In this document: positions 18,356-20,000 of the stretch, one piece after another | Numbering within the stretch: position 1 is the first letter of the stretch | Layout of the letters: each line of letters opens with the position of its first letter | IMG/VR virus record: IMGVR_UViG_3300030329_002238 | Direction: 5' to 3' (one strand) | Length of the DNA: 20,000 bases | Source of the DNA: an uncultured virus (IMG/VR IMGVR_UViG_3300030329_002238) | Lineage: Duplodnaviria > Heunggongvirae > Uroviricota > Caudoviricetes | The notes under the pieces: generated by a model | The model's input: only the letters and a program-made list of their open reading frames with translations | Database searches by the model: none | Told to the model about the DNA's origin: nothing | Translations under genes and position numbers: made by a program

Positions 18356-18378
18356 CCAACCAACCCCCGAACCCCTTT
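18356..18378. repeat. Left arm of long-range inverted repeat (partner 19223-19244)
   Basis: CCAACCCCCGAACCC (18360-18374) is the exact reverse complement of GGGTTCGGGGGTTGG (19226-19240). Flanks extend the match imperfectly. Confidence 0.85.
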
Positions 18379-18440
18379 TTCGTTCTCCTTTCCCTTACAT
18401 TTGGAAATCGACTTGTGGAACCTTGTTTTGGCTTTTTTTA

Positions 18441-18479
18441 CTTGTACCCTTCGGGCACAAGACTATTGGTGTTTGTGAG
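18441..18479 (+). promoter_or_regulatory. Candidate hairpin promoter element 1 (template-strand C-GAA-G hairpin plus conserved downstream box)
   Basis: Minus strand CTTGTGCCC-GAA-GGGTACAAG forms 9 bp with one G-T pair. It is followed on the plus strand by ACTATTGGTGTTTGTGAG. Paralleled by element 2 at 19723. Confidence 0.55.
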
Positions 18480-18525
18480 TGGGAGTAATTATTCACTCAT
18501 TTGTTTAACTAATGGAGATATAACC

Positions 18526-18846
18526 ATGGCTAATGAAGCTAAAATAATATATGACGTGTTCTTTGTCGGTCACGCTTACCAAAACGGCAACGGTACTGGT
18601 ACTAACTGGGTTCAAGCTGGGACTGGCTTCCCAACTGACGATGGTTCAGGTATCAATATCCAATGGGAGACTTCACTACCTGAAGAAATCAGAGAAGTTG
18701 TTGTCAACGCTAATGGTGACACTATACATAGACTGTTACCTGTCAAAGTGTGTGTCAAACAACGTAAACCTAAACAAGCAGTTGCCAAAACTTCTAAGAA
18801 AGCACCTGCTAAGAAAGCGGAGAGTAGCAATGCCATCCCTTTTTAA
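18526..18846 (+). CDS. Small putative ssDNA-binding-like early protein (106 aa; start corrected to ATG 18526)
   Basis: GGAG RBS at 18514-18517. Beta-rich core with WVQAGTGFPTDDGSGINIQW, Lys/Ala-rich tail, C-terminal NAIPF resembling the SSB DDIPF tip. Confidence 0.7.
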   Translation: MANEAKIIYDVFFVGHAYQNGNGTGTNWVQAGTGFPTDDGSGINIQWETSLPEEIREVVVNANGDTIHRLLPVKVCVKQRKPKQAVAKTSKKAPAKKAESSNAIPF

Positions 18847-19159
18847 GAAAGGTATCGCCCACCTAAAAATGGGCACTACCGACCTTGTCGGTGGTACATT
18901 GGAGTTCGCATCAAAGTTCGCTCATGATGTCGAGCATGAAGTTCAATCAATGAAGGAAGAAAAGCTAAAAGTCAAGGAAGACACACTTGCTGAGAAAATC
19001 TCACTTCTTGAGGATAAAATAGCCCTCTGTAAACACTGCAAGGCTACTGGATATCAACCTGACCGAATTAACTGGGACGAAGATATCGCATTCCTTGAAA
19101 TGGAGCTACAGCAACTGAAAAATGAGAGAGAGCCCCAACAAATGGATCTCCCACTCTAG
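18830..19159 (+). CDS. Small coiled-coil early protein (109 aa; start corrected to ATG 18830) ending in a clamp-binding-like motif
   Basis: GGAG at 18819-18822 precedes ATG 18830 (MPSLFKKG). Coiled coil with a central CKHC, C-terminus QQMDLPL, followed by a terminator. Confidence 0.75.
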   Translation: MPSLFKKGIAHLKMGTTDLVGGTLEFASKFAHDVEHEVQSMKEEKLKVKEDTLAEKISLLEDKIALCKHCKATGYQPDRINWDEDIAFLEMELQQLKNEREPQQMDLPL

Positions 19160-19166
19160 CTAGAAG

Positions 19167-19202
19167 AAGCCTCAATGTCCTTCGGGCATTGGGGCTTTTT
19201 TT
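19167..19202 (+). terminator. Rho-independent terminator of the two-gene early cassette
   Basis: AAGCCTCAATGTCC-TTCG-GGCATTGGGGCTT followed by further T residues: cUUCGg loop, G-U pair compatible with plus-strand RNA, 7-T tract. Confidence 0.9.
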
Positions 19203-19222
19203 ATGCTATTACATTACATCAT

Positions 19223-19244
19223 AAAGGGTTCGGGGGTTGGCTGG
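19223..19244. repeat. Right arm of long-range inverted repeat (partner 18356-18378)
   Basis: AAAGGGTTCGGGGGTTGGCTGG, with a 15-bp perfect core at 19226-19240. Confidence 0.85.
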
Positions 19245-19266
19245 GCTGGTCGTGTGCGTGCGTGCA

Positions 19267-19302
19267 TTTACTACTATCATAGATGATTTTACTACTATCA
19301 TC
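19267..19302. repeat. 14-bp direct repeat TTTACTACTATCAT x2, period 22 bp
   Basis: Exact copies at 19267-19280 and 19289-19302. Confidence 0.9.
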
Positions 19303-19423
19303 AGCGAGCTGTGTGCGAGTCTGATATTGGTCATGGGACTATTTCCTCTGTGAAATGCCCTGGATCCAAGAGCCCCCTGTGTACCGGTGTGTACCGGCAA
19401 TCACCACAATAGTGGTACACAGC

Positions 19424-19436
19424 TAAACCCTTGATT
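19424..19436 (-). promoter_or_regulatory. IHF consensus site
   Basis: Minus strand AATCAAGGGTTTA matches WATCAANNNNTTR exactly. Confidence 0.6.
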
Positions 19437-19602
19437 TTAAAGGCTTTTCACGGATGTGTACCACGTGTACCATGTGTACCGGCAAATTTCGCTATTTGAC
19501 CATGGACCATTGTTCATAGATAACTCTTATTTATCATTTAAAATGAAAAACAAGTGGTACACCTGGTACACATGGACCATGGACCATAGATAAAGGTAAT
19601 AG

Positions 19603-19615
19603 AATCAAGGACTTA
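19603..19615 (+). promoter_or_regulatory. IHF consensus site
   Basis: AATCAAGGACTTA matches WATCAANNNNTTR exactly and mirrors the 19424 site relative to the iterons. Confidence 0.6.
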
Positions 19616-19683
19616 CGTGTGTACCACCACCTACAAATCGAGGTGGTACACAACAACGCCTCATTCGGACGTTTTATTAACAA

Positions 19684-19696
19684 AATCAACAACATA
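19684..19696 (+). promoter_or_regulatory. IHF-like site (one mismatch)
   Basis: AATCAACAACATA, followed after the same 3-nt gap by a GTGTACC iteron as at the other two sites. Confidence 0.45.
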
Positions 19697-19722
19697 GGTG
19701 TGTACCACTGTGTACCACCTAG

Positions 19723-19761
19723 CTCTCACTCTTCGAGTGAGAGATTAAAGGTTTTTATGAG
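19723..19761 (+). promoter_or_regulatory. Candidate hairpin promoter element 2 (template-strand C-GAA-G hairpin plus conserved downstream box)
   Basis: Perfect 9-bp inverted repeat CTCTCACTC-TTC-GAGTGAGAG (loop GAA on the minus strand), followed by ATTAAAGGTTTTTATGAG, which is 13/18 identical to the box of element 1. Confidence 0.55.
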
Positions 19762-19808
19762 GAGATACATGAGTATCTCGTAAATTAACCAATAAATGGA
19801 GAAAAACA

Positions 19809-20000
19809 ATGTTAATAACAAGAATATCCCTACTTACAGGGAAAACACACCAAAAAGACATAGCAGTTAATCCAGAACTCTTGCGAGCGTATGAAGAAGG
19901 GAAAGGGCTTATACAAGACCTATTTCCTGACTTACCTACTGACGACAGGGAGTTCATGATGACTGGTATAACTAAAGAAGAGTGGGAAGACGCTTTCGGC
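19809..20000 (+). CDS. Small phage early-region protein of unknown function (partial, at least 64 aa)
   Basis: Not in the ORF track. GGAG at 19798-19801, ATG 19809, translation MLITRISLLTGKTHQKDIAVNPELLRAYEEGKGLIQDLFPDLPTDDREFMMTGITKEEWEDAFG. The LIQDxFPxLxxDxREFxxTGITxEEW pattern looks like a recurrent small phage protein family. Confidence 0.8.
   Translation, partial: MLITRISLLTGKTHQKDIAVNPELLRAYEEGKGLIQDLFPDLPTDDREFMMTGITKEEWEDAFG

Larger units (their letters stand above)
19378..19716. repeat. Iteron cluster: 12 copies of GTGTACC in both orientations around an AT-rich core (putative replication origin)
   Basis: Forward copies start at 19379, 19389, 19456, 19465, 19474, 19619, 19700, 19710. 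Reverse copies (GGTACAC) start at 19414, 19556, 19565, 19645. AT-rich core about 19515-19553. The repeats are directly seen; origin function is inferred. Confidence 0.75.
1..20000. mobile_element. Tailed dsDNA bacteriophage genome segment (podovirus-like): packaging, head and internal-virion module plus start of a divergent early region
   Basis: Terminase, portal, scaffold and major capsid genes occur in canonical order with overlapping or abutting stop/start codons. There is no tape measure, tail tube or sheath, and no bacterial housekeeping gene. Confidence 0.97.

Noticed and set aside
18441..18461. Hairpins at 18441 and 19723 as intrinsic terminators
   Set aside because: Neither is followed directly by a U tract on either strand (the T run at 18433-18439 precedes the hairpin), and they sit upstream of gene starts, not after gene ends.
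18349..18829. Long N-terminal extensions of the two early ORFs as given in the track (starts 18349 and 18551)
   Set aside because: Clear GGAG Shine-Dalgarno sequences support ATG 18526 and ATG 18830. The extensions run through regulatory hairpins or overlap the upstream gene and lack an RBS.
18356..19244. Insertion sequence or transposon defined by the inverted repeat
   Set aside because: No transposase or recombinase is encoded inside and no target-site duplication is evident. Kept only as an unexplained inverted repeat.
19378..19716. Possible CRISPR array or mini-array
   Set aside because: Repeats are only 7-9 bp, occur in both orientations with irregular spacing, and there are no 25-40 bp repeats with uniform spacers and no cas genes.
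18267..19808. tRNA or other known structured RNA gene in the intergenic regions
   Set aside because: No cloverleaf or properly placed T-loop GTTCRA arm. The GGTTCG at 19227 belongs to the inverted repeat.
18612..19957. Minus-strand ORFs 18612-18836, 19209-19400 and 19745-19957
   Set aside because: Antisense to RBS-supported plus-strand genes or spanning repeat-rich non-coding DNA.
1..20000. Alternative genetic code or stop-codon reassignment
   Set aside because: Genes are full length in the standard code, and TAA, TAG and TGA all act as stops at tight gene junctions.

Overview
The window is a gene-dense, AT-rich segment of a tailed dsDNA bacteriophage, most likely a podovirus. No host genes are visible. 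Positions 1-18266 form one minus-strand packaging and morphogenesis operon. In transcription order it holds: an HNH-like Zn-finger nuclease, terminase small subunit, two inserted accessory genes (one ADP-ribosyltransferase-like), terminase large subunit, portal, scaffold, a structured 220-nt leader, an N4-gp56/DUF4043-type major capsid protein, a terminator, an acidic small protein, two paralogous adaptor/ring proteins, a GNAT-like protein, three internal/ejection proteins, and a giant protein of over 1260 aa that the ORF track missed because it runs off the left edge. From about 18270 the polarity switches to plus-strand early-type genes. The most interesting signals are non-coding or in the small early genes. 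(i) Two matching elements lie 75-76 nt upstream of both early gene starts, each a 9-bp template-strand hairpin with a C-GAA-G triloop plus a conserved 18-nt downstream box, reminiscent of N4 virion-RNAP hairpin promoters. (ii) A mirror-symmetric cluster of 12 GTGTACC iterons with IHF-consensus sites around an AT-rich core is origin-like. (iii) A two-gene cassette bracketed by a 15-bp inverted repeat encodes proteins ending in an SSB-like IPF tail and a beta-clamp-like QMDLPL motif. (iv) The capsid leader has repeated CGWUA-loop hairpins. Family assignments come from motif recognition by eye; no searches were run.
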